64,000 bases of DNA from an uncultured bacterium. GTDB lineage: Bacteria; Babelota; Babeliae; Babelales; Babelaceae. The position numbers were made by a program, and so were the translations under genes. Shown piece after piece: positions 9,301 to 19,275 of this stretch. The DNA lies in contig OY970332.1 in NCBI GenBank assembly GCA_963717435.1, forward strand, positions 576,001 to 640,000. Direction: 5' to 3'. Under the pieces are notes generated by a model. That model was not told the origin of the DNA. It searched no databases and saw nothing but the letters and a program-made list of their open reading frames with translations. How positions within the stretch are numbered: the stretch's first letter is position 1; each line of letters starts with the position of its first letter.

Positions 9301-10305
9301 GTGAATAATGATGTCAAAAAAAATTTCACTAAACTGTTTTTTATAGCAGTTATGAGTTTTGCTTTTCAGAATAATATTAGTTGCATGACCGGAAGTGGTC
9401 AGCAAAATAATGTGCCGAATAAAAATGTTTTGCCCGACTATATAAATAGCATGTATCTGGATATCGGTATTTCACAGGAAAAGATAAATAGACTTACGCC
9501 TGAACAAGCCGATTTACTTACCAAGTTTCTTTATTTATCAAATGCCGTTAGCATGGAAAATTTAATACTGATCAGTAATAGTTTTGTGGACTTTTACAAA
9601 GCATGTTATTTATGTCATGCAGATATCGCACCATATATAAACAAAATTATTTTAATTATAATTGGTAAAAAAAATGTGATAGCTAATTGGAATATTTCGG
9701 AGCAAGAAAAACAATTAAAGTTAAACGATTTGTACAATATTTATAATTTCTTTGGTCAATACGGCGCAAAAATTGATAACCTCTCGTGTCATATGATAAG
9801 AGGATATTTTAGTATCCCAAGTTTAAACCAGCTTATTAATAACTCAGAGCTGAATATTTGCGCAGATAAGCTGATAGAGGATTATAGAAAGTTTGGTATG
9901 GCAACACACGATAATACAGGCTTTTTGCCATCTTATTTTCCCTTGGCATATTCCAAAAAAGATATAGGTTTTTGCAAGCAACTGTTGATTAAAATTTTTA
10001 CTAAGCTTTCATATTATCATCCTGAATATTTAAAAAAATTGGGACCAGTTGTTGCATCAAGGGAAAATTTATTGATTATGCCCGACAAAGATAAAGTTTT
10101 GATAGAATTGTTTGAGTTTTTGTCTTATCAGCTTGATATATTCAAGCGCCCAGAAAATATGCAATCTATTTTTGATGAAAACGGGCTTATTAATAAAAAC
10201 TTTGATATTTCGAAGTTTTTTGTCTTACAAGAAAGTCAACCAGACTCGCAAGCCGAGACGCAACCTCTCGAATGGGATAATTTTATTTTTTATAAAAACC
10301 AATAA
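9301..10305 (+). CDS. Secreted hypothetical protein
   Basis: 334-aa ORF with N-terminal signal peptide; no recognisable domain. Confidence 0.6.
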   Translation: MNNDVKKNFTKLFFIAVMSFAFQNNISCMTGSGQQNNVPNKNVLPDYINSMYLDIGISQEKINRLTPEQADLLTKFLYLSNAVSMENLILISNSFVDFYKACYLCHADIAPYINKIILIIIGKKNVIANWNISEQEKQLKLNDLYNIYNFFGQYGAKIDNLSCHMIRGYFSIPSLNQLINNSELNICADKLIEDYRKFGMATHDNTGFLPSYFPLAYSKKDIGFCKQLLIKIFTKLSYYHPEYLKKLGPVVASRENLLIMPDKDKVLIELFEFLSYQLDIFKRPENMQSIFDENGLINKNFDISKFFVLQESQPDSQAETQPLEWDNFIFYKNQ

Positions 10306-10396
10306 ATTTTTATGTTTCAAAACTTTGTGCTAAAATTTATTAGCGTTTAATTTATTTTAATTATCAACTTTTTTTTCCAAACTTGACAAAAAAGCT

Positions 10397-11644
10397 ATGT
10401 CAGGTGAGTATAGCTTGGTGATTAATTTGGAAAAAGGAATGCTGATGCAAAGCCCGGTATGGATACTAAATAGTTCGCTTGCGATAATTTTTATACTTAA
10501 CGTTGGATTTATATTTCTTTCTCGCATTTCTGTGCCCAAAAGATTTAAAGTTGAGTCTGCAATTGTTGTTAAGTCAGTAAAAAGAGAAGCTTCTAAGGTT
10601 GACTGCACAAGAATTGGGACAGAAGACTTGTTCAACACTTACGTTAAGTCCCAAGCAATAAAAGAAGAAGTAAAAAATTTAGTTCCACAAATTCCACAAC
10701 CACCAACTCCAAAACCTATGCCTCAGCTTGAAGAGATTAAGCCTCAATTTTTGGAGCCACTACCATTGAAGTTAAAAGGTATATTGGTTTCCGCCTCTGA
10801 TACAATAGCCCAAGCGATTATCGCAAATACTAAGACATTTAAAGAAGAGCTGTTTTCTAGCGGCGACAAGATTGAAGATGCATATATTTTGAGAATATTG
10901 CCGAATAAAGTTATTCTGATCAGATCAAACGGACAACAAGAAACCTTATATATAACCCAGGCTGATGCTCAGTCAGAAATTACGGTACTAAAAGGGACAT
11001 CTTGGGGATCTGTTGTCAACCCAATATCAGACTATGAATATATTGTTGATCCTGAAAGTTTCTTAAGTCAAATTACAAATCTTGCCCAATTTATAGACGC
11101 GGTTGATCTTGCGACTGTTTTCAGAAAAGGTCAAAGCTTGGGCTGTAGAGTTGGAAGATTAAGTTCCGGTTCTATAGGAGAAGTTCTCGGGTTAAGATCT
11201 GGCGATATAATAACAAAAATAAATGGGATCGAGCCGAAAGATACCAACAGTAGAATAGAAGCTTATAATAATATTAAGTCTTTAAGAGTTGGCGATAAAA
11301 TTAAAGTTGAACTTTTGAGAGACAAGAGAAAAATAAATATTGTTTATTACTTGCAAATTATCGAACCGGGGCCAAAAATTGAGATAGAGCGTCCTGTTAC
11401 TAATGCTAATGCTGGTGCGCAGCCAGCTGCTAACAAAGCTGATATGACAGAAAATATTGAATCAGTTGAAAATACGGCACCTGATATTTTACCTGAAGAA
11501 CAAAAAGAACATATAGAAGAGCAACAGATGGCTTTTAAAAAAATATCAAGAGATATGCAGCGACGTGATAAGCAGGCTATGTTGAATAGTGCTAAGTACC
11601 AAAGGCCAGGAAAAGGCGCTTTGTTGAGACATGTGCAAAGTTAA
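10397..11644 (+). CDS. gspC: Type II secretion GspC-like protein with PDZ domain
   Basis: N-terminal TM, Pro-rich linker, HR-like LKLKGIL...AIIA...GDKI...ILPNKVILIRSNGQQETL and PDZ (LGLRSGDIITKING); directly upstream of a secretin. True start may be ATG 10445. Confidence 0.8.
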   Translation: MSGEYSLVINLEKGMLMQSPVWILNSSLAIIFILNVGFIFLSRISVPKRFKVESAIVVKSVKREASKVDCTRIGTEDLFNTYVKSQAIKEEVKNLVPQIPQPPTPKPMPQLEEIKPQFLEPLPLKLKGILVSASDTIAQAIIANTKTFKEELFSSGDKIEDAYILRILPNKVILIRSNGQQETLYITQADAQSEITVLKGTSWGSVVNPISDYEYIVDPESFLSQITNLAQFIDAVDLATVFRKGQSLGCRVGRLSSGSIGEVLGLRSGDIITKINGIEPKDTNSRIEAYNNIKSLRVGDKIKVELLRDKRKINIVYYLQIIEPGPKIEIERPVTNANAGAQPAANKADMTENIESVENTAPDILPEEQKEHIEEQQMAFKKISRDMQRRDKQAMLNSAKYQRPGKGALLRHVQS

Positions 11645-11671
11645 AATAATATAATTAAAGTAAATTAAAAT

Positions 11672-14236
11672 ATGAGAATAAAAAATTATTTGATACTTTT
11701 AAGTCTGATAACTCTGATAATACAAAGTCAGTGTTTTTCTGAAAATATTCCCGATGTAATTGATCCGGCTAAAGATCAAAACTTAAATGTAAATGATATG
11801 TCTAAGCTGGATAGAGAGCTTATCAGTAATAAGTCTAGTAACCCATCTCAGGAAGAATTTGACCAGCCTGATCAAGATGAGCCATTGGAGCAGGAGCCTA
11901 TTATTGCCCAGGAGATAGAAGGGGATAAAAAACAGGCAGAAAAGAAACCAAAAAAAGAAGAACACAAAGAAAAAAAATTAAGTACGACATATATGACTGA
12001 GTACTTAAGACCGTGGAAAACTGGTGAAGAAAATGATCTTTTGACCATACATTTTGTGGATGCAGATTTAACAAACTTTGTGAAATTTATCGAACAAAAA
12101 TATGACGTTAAATTTTTAATGGACGATGATATTCAGCCAACACCGCAGGGCGGAAAAAATGTTTTAGGAAATAAGATATCATTTAAATCCAATGTTCCAA
12201 TGACCAGAAAACAAGTTTGGGATCTATTTTTAACCTTATTGGATCTTTCTGGTTTGGCTGTTGTACCCGGGCCATCGACAAAAATTTTGAGAATTACCAC
12301 ATCAGATCCAAAATCTCCACTTTCATCTAATAAGGGCCCATTGCCTACTTTTATCGGCACAGATCCAGATTTGTTACCTGATAATGATGCAAGAATTAGA
12401 TATATATATTTTGTTGAAAATACAAGCGTTGCGATAATTAAGAGCGTTATGGATGCTATGCGCAGCGCATCTTCTTCAAGTGTTATAGATTTTCCTGAAC
12501 TTCGGGCGATCATTTTAACTGACAAAGCCTCAACTATTAAATCTTTAATGAAGATTGTCGTTGAGCTTGATAGAGTTAACATGCCCGAAATGATTTCTGT
12601 AATAAAATTAAAAAACGCTGACGCTGATAAAATTGCCGCTTTGTATAAAGCGCTTACAGAAGATGGTTCACAACCATCATCACCATTTGGTCCAAGATTT
12701 GCAACAGCAAGAAGGGCTTCATCTACTACATATTTCCCTGAAGGGACAAGAATAATACCGTATATTGAAAAAAATAAAATTGTTATTTTGGGAACAAAAG
12801 CGGCTATAGAGAAGATTGAAAACTTTATAAAATCTTTTGACCAAGAAATTACGGCGCCATATTCTCCACTTAATATTATTCAACTTAAGTTTATTGATGC
12901 TACAACAACTGCACAAATAATTACCGATGCTACAAAGTTCCAGCAGACAACAGCTGCCGGTATGACCGGTGGTGTGCGTGGCGGTGAAAAATATTTCAAG
13001 CCCGTAACTATAACACCAGAAGCGACAAGTAATAGTTTGATTATTAATGCTGATTATGAAGATTATAAAAAAATACAAGAACTTGTTAATAAGCTTGATA
13101 GAGAGCAGCCACAAGTTGCGATAAAAGTATTGATTTTGGACGTTGATATTACCGACAACAAATATTTTGGAACTCAGCTTAGAAATAAAATTCCTGGGGT
13201 TGCGCCATTTATTGGAAAAAATACTAATTTCCAAAACACTGGTATTACAGGAGTTGTTCAAAATCCCAATGGAACAGGTGCGACAAGATTGCTAGGAGAT
13301 TTGATTAACGTTGTATCAGGAGCTGCCGCGGGTACCACTTTTGTGTCGTTGGGTAACGATATCTATGGTGTCTGGGGGATGTTGCAAATGCTCCAAAATT
13401 TTACAAAGGTTAGTTTGGTAGCCGACCCTTTCTTAGTTGCCACGCACAAGCATCAGGCAAGAATAGCAATTGGGCAAACACGACGTGTTTTGGCTGCGCA
13501 GGTTGTTGGTGGTTCTTCTACTACGGCAGATTCTATTATGGACTTGCCTGCTAATCTTGAGGTTAAACTGACGCCATTAATAAATTATGACGGTACAGTT
13601 TATCTTGATGTTAACGTTACATTACAGCAGTTCACAAGTACGGATCCGACAAGTGGTGATAGAACAGAAAAAACTGTTGCTACTTCTGCGCTGGTTGCAG
13701 ATAGAGAAGTGCTTGCGCTTGGTGGTCTTGTCAGAACTCAGACGACCGCAACACAGTCAAAATTTCCGCTATTGGGAGATATTCCGTTTATAGGTTGGTT
13801 GTTTAAGAATAAGAACAAAGTTGCCACAAAAAGTAGTATTTTGATTCTGATTTCGCCTGAGTTGATAATGCCAGATGATGCTGACGCAGTCGAAGACTTT
13901 ACTGCAAGAAAAATGAACGTAACAAGAGATCTATTAAAGAGTATGCGTCGTAAATATGAACAACGTGATCCGGTTTATAGATGGGTATTTGATGATAAAC
14001 AAAAAGAGCAAAAAGACAAAGAATTGGTAGCTATAGATAAATTTGCAAATGATAAGACAAGATATCTTGATGATAGATTCTTTGAAACAACGCAAGCAAC
14101 GAAAGCGACTTTGGCTATAGCAGAAAATGCTGAAAAAGCTGAAAATGTTCCAGGAGCGAAAAGTAAGCCCAAAAAGAGTTTAGTGGATTATCTGGATCTT
14201 AAGGATGACAAAATTTATGGGGCTCTAAATGATTAA
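11672..14236 (+). CDS. gspD: Type II secretion secretin GspD, copy 1
   Basis: Signal peptide, N0 (IHFVDADL), N1-N3-like repeats (IKLKNADA, IQLKFIDA), LDREQPQVAIKVLILDV and secretin signature KFPLLGDIPFIGWLFK. Confidence 0.88.
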   Translation: MRIKNYLILLSLITLIIQSQCFSENIPDVIDPAKDQNLNVNDMSKLDRELISNKSSNPSQEEFDQPDQDEPLEQEPIIAQEIEGDKKQAEKKPKKEEHKEKKLSTTYMTEYLRPWKTGEENDLLTIHFVDADLTNFVKFIEQKYDVKFLMDDDIQPTPQGGKNVLGNKISFKSNVPMTRKQVWDLFLTLLDLSGLAVVPGPSTKILRITTSDPKSPLSSNKGPLPTFIGTDPDLLPDNDARIRYIYFVENTSVAIIKSVMDAMRSASSSSVIDFPELRAIILTDKASTIKSLMKIVVELDRVNMPEMISVIKLKNADADKIAALYKALTEDGSQPSSPFGPRFATARRASSTTYFPEGTRIIPYIEKNKIVILGTKAAIEKIENFIKSFDQEITAPYSPLNIIQLKFIDATTTAQIITDATKFQQTTAAGMTGGVRGGEKYFKPVTITPEATSNSLIINADYEDYKKIQELVNKLDREQPQVAIKVLILDVDITDNKYFGTQLRNKIPGVAPFIGKNTNFQNTGITGVVQNPNGTGATRLLGDLINVVSGAAAGTTFVSLGNDIYGVWGMLQMLQNFTKVSLVADPFLVATHKHQARIAIGQTRRVLAAQVVGGSSTTADSIMDLPANLEVKLTPLINYDGTVYLDVNVTLQQFTSTDPTSGDRTEKTVATSALVADREVLALGGLVRTQTTATQSKFPLLGDIPFIGWLFKNKNKVATKSSILILISPELIMPDDADAVEDFTARKMNVTRDLLKSMRRKYEQRDPVYRWVFDDKQKEQKDKELVAIDKFANDKTRYLDDRFFETTQATKATLAIAENAEKAENVPGAKSKPKKSLVDYLDLKDDKIYGALND

Positions 14237-15848
14237 GAATATTTTTATTCCAGAAAAGATAGGTGATAATTATTTATTTACAAAAAAAGTCTTGGGATTC
14301 GATATTGGAAAATCTTTTGTAAGAGCTGCACTTTTAACCTTAAGCGGTAAATCTCGCAAGATAGACAACCTTTTTGATGAGCCCTTGGACGCTAGTTCTG
14401 ATCTTACTTATCAGGAAAAAGTCTCTTCAGCTATAAAAAATATTTTGTCAAAATCTGGCAAAGTTGACAAAGTTTATACTAGCCTTTCAAGCTCGCCTGT
14501 TATATTCAAAGAACTTAAATTGCAAATCTTGGGTATTAATAAAATTAAGCTTGTTTTGCCATTTGAGCTTGAAGGACAACTTCCATTTTCTTTGGACCAG
14601 GCAGTTGTTGATTGTGTGATAGTTGATGAAAATACCAAAGAAAAATATTCAACAGTGATAGTTGCAGCTGTAAAAAAAGAAATAGTTGATGAACATGTTG
14701 CGATGTTTCAGGCTGCTGGTGTTTTGCCCGACAAAGTGACAGTAGATTTATTTGAGATTTATGGGACATATAAATCTATGCTCGGTCAGAGTAAAGCTGC
14801 TTCTTCTACTTCTGCTGATTCTATTGCTATGTTAGAAATCGGTATTTATGCAACTAATATAATTTTAATACATAATAACAATCTAAAATATATAAGATCT
14901 TTGCCAAAGGGTCTAAGTTGGATATCAAAAAATATTGCTGCCAACTTAAATCAAGACCAGGCCACAGTGCTTGAAAATATATTGCGTTTTGGTCTAGAGG
15001 GCAATGATAACAAGCAATTTGATGAGCAATTAAAAGGGCAGCTTTCAGAGATTTTAAATGAGGTTAGTTTTACGCTTGATAATTACACAACAAAAAACAG
15101 AATACCAAATGTTAGCAAGATTGTTTTATTTGGCCAATCAGAAAATATTAAGGGATTTGGTGAACTTGTTACAGAGAAATTGGTTAGCTCAGAAGAGCTT
15201 GATCTAAAACCAATTTTTGGTAAATCTGTTGAGGGTCAATACGACGTGGCGATAGCAACTGCCTTTTCAAGTCAGTTAACTGAAAACTTTAATTTATTAA
15301 AAGAATCAGCTTTCAATGAAACTAACAGATTAATTAATAAGCAGTTAATAGCAGCTTTAGTTTTATTTTTGTTAGTTTTTTTAAGTTTTTATCTGCATAG
15401 TTTTTTAACTTATAGAAAACTAAAAAATGAAATTTATGATTCAGAAAAGCAAGCTATTAGTTTAATTACTAAAAAGATTAATCTTGAAAAGAAGCGTGGG
15501 GCTCGGAAAGCATCTTCGCTTAAAGAAGTGATCGAAGCTGCTAAGTCAACACTGGAGAAAGAAGAAAGTATCTGGTTTGCTTTGTCTAGTAAAAACAGGT
15601 ATTCGTTTTTGAAATATCTGCAAGAGTTAACTACAAAAATAGACAGAGAAGGCGTTGGATTAGAATTAAAGAAATTAAGAATATATAATTCTAATAACAC
15701 GACAAAGATCGATCTTGAAGGTAAAGTTAGAGATTTTGATGCTATAAATGTTTTTGAATCACAACTGAAATCAGGGATGTTTGAAGGGGTGCCAAGAATA
15801 GAGACCCCAGATTTTGATATAACATTGGTTGTGAAAAAAGAGGATTAG
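14229..15848 (+). CDS. gspL: GspL/PilM-PilN-like assembly platform protein
   Basis: Actin-like cytoplasmic domain (LGFDIG, ELEGQLPF), single TM and PilN-like periplasmic domain (IDLEGKVRDFDAINVFESQLK). Confidence 0.75.
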   Translation: MIKNIFIPEKIGDNYLFTKKVLGFDIGKSFVRAALLTLSGKSRKIDNLFDEPLDASSDLTYQEKVSSAIKNILSKSGKVDKVYTSLSSSPVIFKELKLQILGINKIKLVLPFELEGQLPFSLDQAVVDCVIVDENTKEKYSTVIVAAVKKEIVDEHVAMFQAAGVLPDKVTVDLFEIYGTYKSMLGQSKAASSTSADSIAMLEIGIYATNIILIHNNNLKYIRSLPKGLSWISKNIAANLNQDQATVLENILRFGLEGNDNKQFDEQLKGQLSEILNEVSFTLDNYTTKNRIPNVSKIVLFGQSENIKGFGELVTEKLVSSEELDLKPIFGKSVEGQYDVAIATAFSSQLTENFNLLKESAFNETNRLINKQLIAALVLFLLVFLSFYLHSFLTYRKLKNEIYDSEKQAISLITKKINLEKKRGARKASSLKEVIEAAKSTLEKEESIWFALSSKNRYSFLKYLQELTTKIDREGVGLELKKLRIYNSNNTTKIDLEGKVRDFDAINVFESQLKSGMFEGVPRIETPDFDITLVVKKED

Positions 15849-15856
15849 GAACGATA

Positions 15857-16414
15857 ATGCAACTATTTGATAAATTAAAAGATTTTATTAAATCGCTTGA
15901 CCAGAACTCTTTTTATAAATATTTATCAGCGATTTTATTTGCTCTTTTTTTGTTAATGGGACTTTTGATTTGGCGATATTACAGTAACGTTAATTATTAC
16001 TTAAAAAAAATTAAAGTTGTTAATATGCAAAGAAAAGAGGTGGCAGATCTTCTTGGTGAATTTGAGACAGTAAGGGCTCAGGAAAAAGAAGTTTCTGAAA
16101 TTTTGGAGCAAGATACGAATTTTAAAATTGCCCAGTTTATGCTGAACGTGATAAGAGATACGGATCTTGGGCAAAATAATTCAAAAGAGCCAGAATTAGT
16201 TGAAGAAGAACTGGATAACGAATACACAGAAATAAAGTTGGTCACAAGTTTTGTTAATTTAAATATGCAGCAGCTATGTGGGCTATTAACAAAAATCGAT
16301 CAAGATGAACGTGTTTATACAAAAGAGCTTATTATAACCAAAGTGCCTAAAAAACCGTATATTGATGTTACACTTGAAATTGCTACATTAAAACCTAAAA
16401 GTACTTCTGCTTAA
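15857..16414 (+). CDS. gspM: GspM/PilO-like protein
   Basis: One TM, coiled coil and ferredoxin-like C-terminal pattern; follows the gspL-like gene. Confidence 0.65.
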   Translation: MQLFDKLKDFIKSLDQNSFYKYLSAILFALFLLMGLLIWRYYSNVNYYLKKIKVVNMQRKEVADLLGEFETVRAQEKEVSEILEQDTNFKIAQFMLNVIRDTDLGQNNSKEPELVEEELDNEYTEIKLVTSFVNLNMQQLCGLLTKIDQDERVYTKELIITKVPKKPYIDVTLEIATLKPKSTSA

Positions 16415-16416
16415 TC

Positions 16417-19275
16417 TTGGAAAGATCCTGGATGAAAATGATAAAAATTGAAAAAAAGAGTAAATCGATGATGTATCAGTTTTTGATTTTTATTTTGCTG
16501 CAAAATTTTTGTTCAAAAATTTTGGCAGAAACAGAATCTGAAAAACATCATAAAAAACATGATGTTCAAAATAGTACAGATATTACGGCTACCAATACTG
16601 TTTTGGCCGAAAATAAAGGCGATAATATTACATCCGGAACTTCTGTAAGTTCTGAAACTAAAGCTCCAGCAGCTTCTGTCCCGGTCCAAGAAATCAAACA
16701 CGAAACTGTCCAAAAAGATTTAAAACCAACAGAGACAGTAGCAGTAGCTAGCCAAGTTGGCTCGGTTCAGCCACAAGCTGAATCTGTGCCCGTAGCCCCA
16801 GAAGTGCCCGCTGCACCAGCTGAACAAGCTCCAAAAACTGCAGCAGCTACACAAAAAGTCGAAACAAGCAGAGTAGTTCGTAAAGCAAATAAAGAAAAAA
16901 ATAGAAAATTTGAAGAATCGCCAGAGATAGAAATTCAGCCTGGAAAAATATTGGTAGATTTTACTTTCTCAAACGAAGATCTTTCAACAATAATAAGTAA
17001 AGTTGCCAAAGCAAAAGACATTAATATTATTCTTCCATTGCCACCACATAATATTAATCAGAAAGTAAGTTTTGGTGTTAAGGGCAAAATTACAGTTGAT
17101 CAGGCTTGGGAATATCTTCTTTCTATGATGGAACTTTCCGGATATTCTATAACAAAAGATCAAAATGGAATTTATACAGTTGTGAAAAATAATCACAATG
17201 TATCGCGCGAAAACATGCCGTTATATGTTAATGTGCCGCCTGACAAATTACCATTTACGGATCAAAGAATCAGATACGTTTATTATTTGAGTAACATGAG
17301 AGTGCCTGAACAAGCCCAGGGCCCAGAACCGCTTAATTTGCTTTTGAAAGAGATATTAAGTGTTAACGGCATTTTTATGTACGATCCAAAATCTAACGCG
17401 GTAATTATTATCGATACAGCAAAAAATATCGCGAGTGTTTCTGAGGCTGTGATTAAAATGGACAATATTGGCTATAAAGAGGGTTTTGAGTTTGTCCAAC
17501 TTCTTTATACGTCAGCAGCAAATATTGTAAAGTTGTTAAAAGAGCTTGTTCCTCAAGTGACAGATTCTAAGTATCCGTCTATGCGCGGTAATCTAAAAAC
17601 AGATTCAAGTTACTATTTTAGTCCCGGAACCAAAGTAGTTGCAGCTGAGCGTGAGAACCGCGTAATTATTATAGGTAGGGATACTGCGATTTCCAGAATA
17701 CGTGATTTTATCACACAAGAATTAGATGTTGCTCCTGAATCTGGTAAGTCGATATTGCACACATATGATTTACAGTATCTTGATGCCGAGTCTTTTGCCA
17801 AAGATTTAACAAAAATAGTTTCTTCTGGCGGCGGCGCTTCTGATCAAACAACAAGAGAAGCGGTATCCGGCGGCCCTGAAAGATTTTTTGAAGGGGTTAT
17901 TATACTTGCTGAAGCTTATAAAGAAGTTAAGCAAGCTGTTGCTGTTGCCGGCGCAAAGGCGGGAGATACACAAACTGATACAGCTGGCTCAGCAGTTTAT
18001 CAGGGTGGTAACAGACTTATTGTTGCAGCAAGAGAGAGTGATTGGTTGCGCATTCGAGAATTAATAAGAAAGCTTGATAAACCGCAACCCCAAGTTATTT
18101 TAGAAGTACTGGTACTTGATATAACCAAATTAACTAATGACGATATATCCGGAAGTATACGTAATGCTGGTGGTTTGTTTAATAAACCCGATGGACCAAA
18201 TTTCTTGGCGTCAAATATTGCAAATATTAACGACACTCTTTTAAATGGCGGAACAATTCCTACACCAGTGCCGCCGACTTTGGCTGCGGATTTGCTTAAA
18301 TATTTAACTGAAGCTAACTCAATAAACGTGCCGACAGGCTCATTTATAATGTCATTTAATGATCCTAATGGTTCAGGCATAAGTACTTTATTAACTGTAC
18401 TTAAGGCCAATACAAATACCAAAGTATTATCACATCCATTTTTGGTTACGACAAATAATAAATCAGCTTTTGTAGAGTCTGTTACCATAAGACGACAAGC
18501 CGGTGAATCTGACGCTCAAAAGGCATCCGGTGCTATCACAATTAAGCAAGAAGATATTCCTGCAAAAATTCGCGTTGATCTTGTGCCGAGAATAAGTTCA
18601 TTGGACAGATTAAATCTTAAAGTTAACGTTTATATTGAGGACTTTAACGCTCCTCAATCTACGACCGACTTTTCAAGAACAACTCGTACGGTATCGACAA
18701 ATGCCAATTTGGGCAGCGGACAAGTTCTAGCTCTTGGCGGATTATTGCAAACGGTTGAAAATCATGATGAGTCTGGAACTCCGTTGCTTTCAAAAATTCC
18801 AATTATCGGTTGGTTATTTAAGAGTGAAACCATAACATTATCAAAGAGTAATATCATGGTATTTATCTCGCCAACGATTGTTGATCCTAAATTGAGAATG
18901 GGTGTGAATAGATACACTACTGACAAAATTAAACAGCTTAACAAACAGGTTGACGAAAAAGATGAACCTACAGACTTTGTTGAGCCTATACAGCACTTAT
19001 TCTTTGGCGATACCCGTATTGGTGAAGCTGGTACTGAAAATTATTTGAGAGATTCGAAGAATACAAACATAAAAATAGAAGATGTTTTAACTAAAAAAAG
19101 CAAAAAGTTCAGAGCGAAAAAAACAAAAGCAAATAATTCGCAAAATCCACAGGCCAATAATTTGCCAGCCAGAGCCGTCAATTATGACAGCTCTGGTGAA
19201 AAGGCAAAAGCTGTTAAAGAGCTTATAGCTTTTGAAGATAACCCATTTTTAAGAGTTAAGGAGCGAAAGAGTTAG
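16417..19275 (+). CDS. gspD: Type II secretion secretin GspD, copy 2
   Basis: Signal peptide, long Ala/Pro/Thr-rich linker, N0 (FTFSNEDL), LDKPQPQVILEVLVLDI and GTPLLSKIPIIGWLFK. Exact start uncertain. Confidence 0.86.
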   Translation: MERSWMKMIKIEKKSKSMMYQFLIFILLQNFCSKILAETESEKHHKKHDVQNSTDITATNTVLAENKGDNITSGTSVSSETKAPAASVPVQEIKHETVQKDLKPTETVAVASQVGSVQPQAESVPVAPEVPAAPAEQAPKTAAATQKVETSRVVRKANKEKNRKFEESPEIEIQPGKILVDFTFSNEDLSTIISKVAKAKDINIILPLPPHNINQKVSFGVKGKITVDQAWEYLLSMMELSGYSITKDQNGIYTVVKNNHNVSRENMPLYVNVPPDKLPFTDQRIRYVYYLSNMRVPEQAQGPEPLNLLLKEILSVNGIFMYDPKSNAVIIIDTAKNIASVSEAVIKMDNIGYKEGFEFVQLLYTSAANIVKLLKELVPQVTDSKYPSMRGNLKTDSSYYFSPGTKVVAAERENRVIIIGRDTAISRIRDFITQELDVAPESGKSILHTYDLQYLDAESFAKDLTKIVSSGGGASDQTTREAVSGGPERFFEGVIILAEAYKEVKQAVAVAGAKAGDTQTDTAGSAVYQGGNRLIVAARESDWLRIRELIRKLDKPQPQVILEVLVLDITKLTNDDISGSIRNAGGLFNKPDGPNFLASNIANINDTLLNGGTIPTPVPPTLAADLLKYLTEANSINVPTGSFIMSFNDPNGSGISTLLTVLKANTNTKVLSHPFLVTTNNKSAFVESVTIRRQAGESDAQKASGAITIKQEDIPAKIRVDLVPRISSLDRLNLKVNVYIEDFNAPQSTTDFSRTTRTVSTNANLGSGQVLALGGLLQTVENHDESGTPLLSKIPIIGWLFKSETITLSKSNIMVFISPTIVDPKLRMGVNRYTTDKIKQLNKQVDEKDEPTDFVEPIQHLFFGDTRIGEAGTENYLRDSKNTNIKIEDVLTKKSKKFRAKKTKANNSQNPQANNLPARAVNYDSSGEKAKAVKELIAFEDNPFLRVKERKS

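Noticed and set aside
10383-10416. TTGACA upstream of gspC as a sigma70 promoter
   Set aside because: No convincing -10 hexamer at 16-18 bp spacing.
12133-18944. Antisense ORFs inside the T2SS genes (and similar shadow ORFs elsewhere, including inside the IS)
   Set aside because: They lie on top of well-supported genes and have no recognisable motifs.
19249-19275. 27-bp convergent overlap of the second gspD and eno
   Set aside because: Short 3' overlaps are common in compact genomes; no evidence of function.
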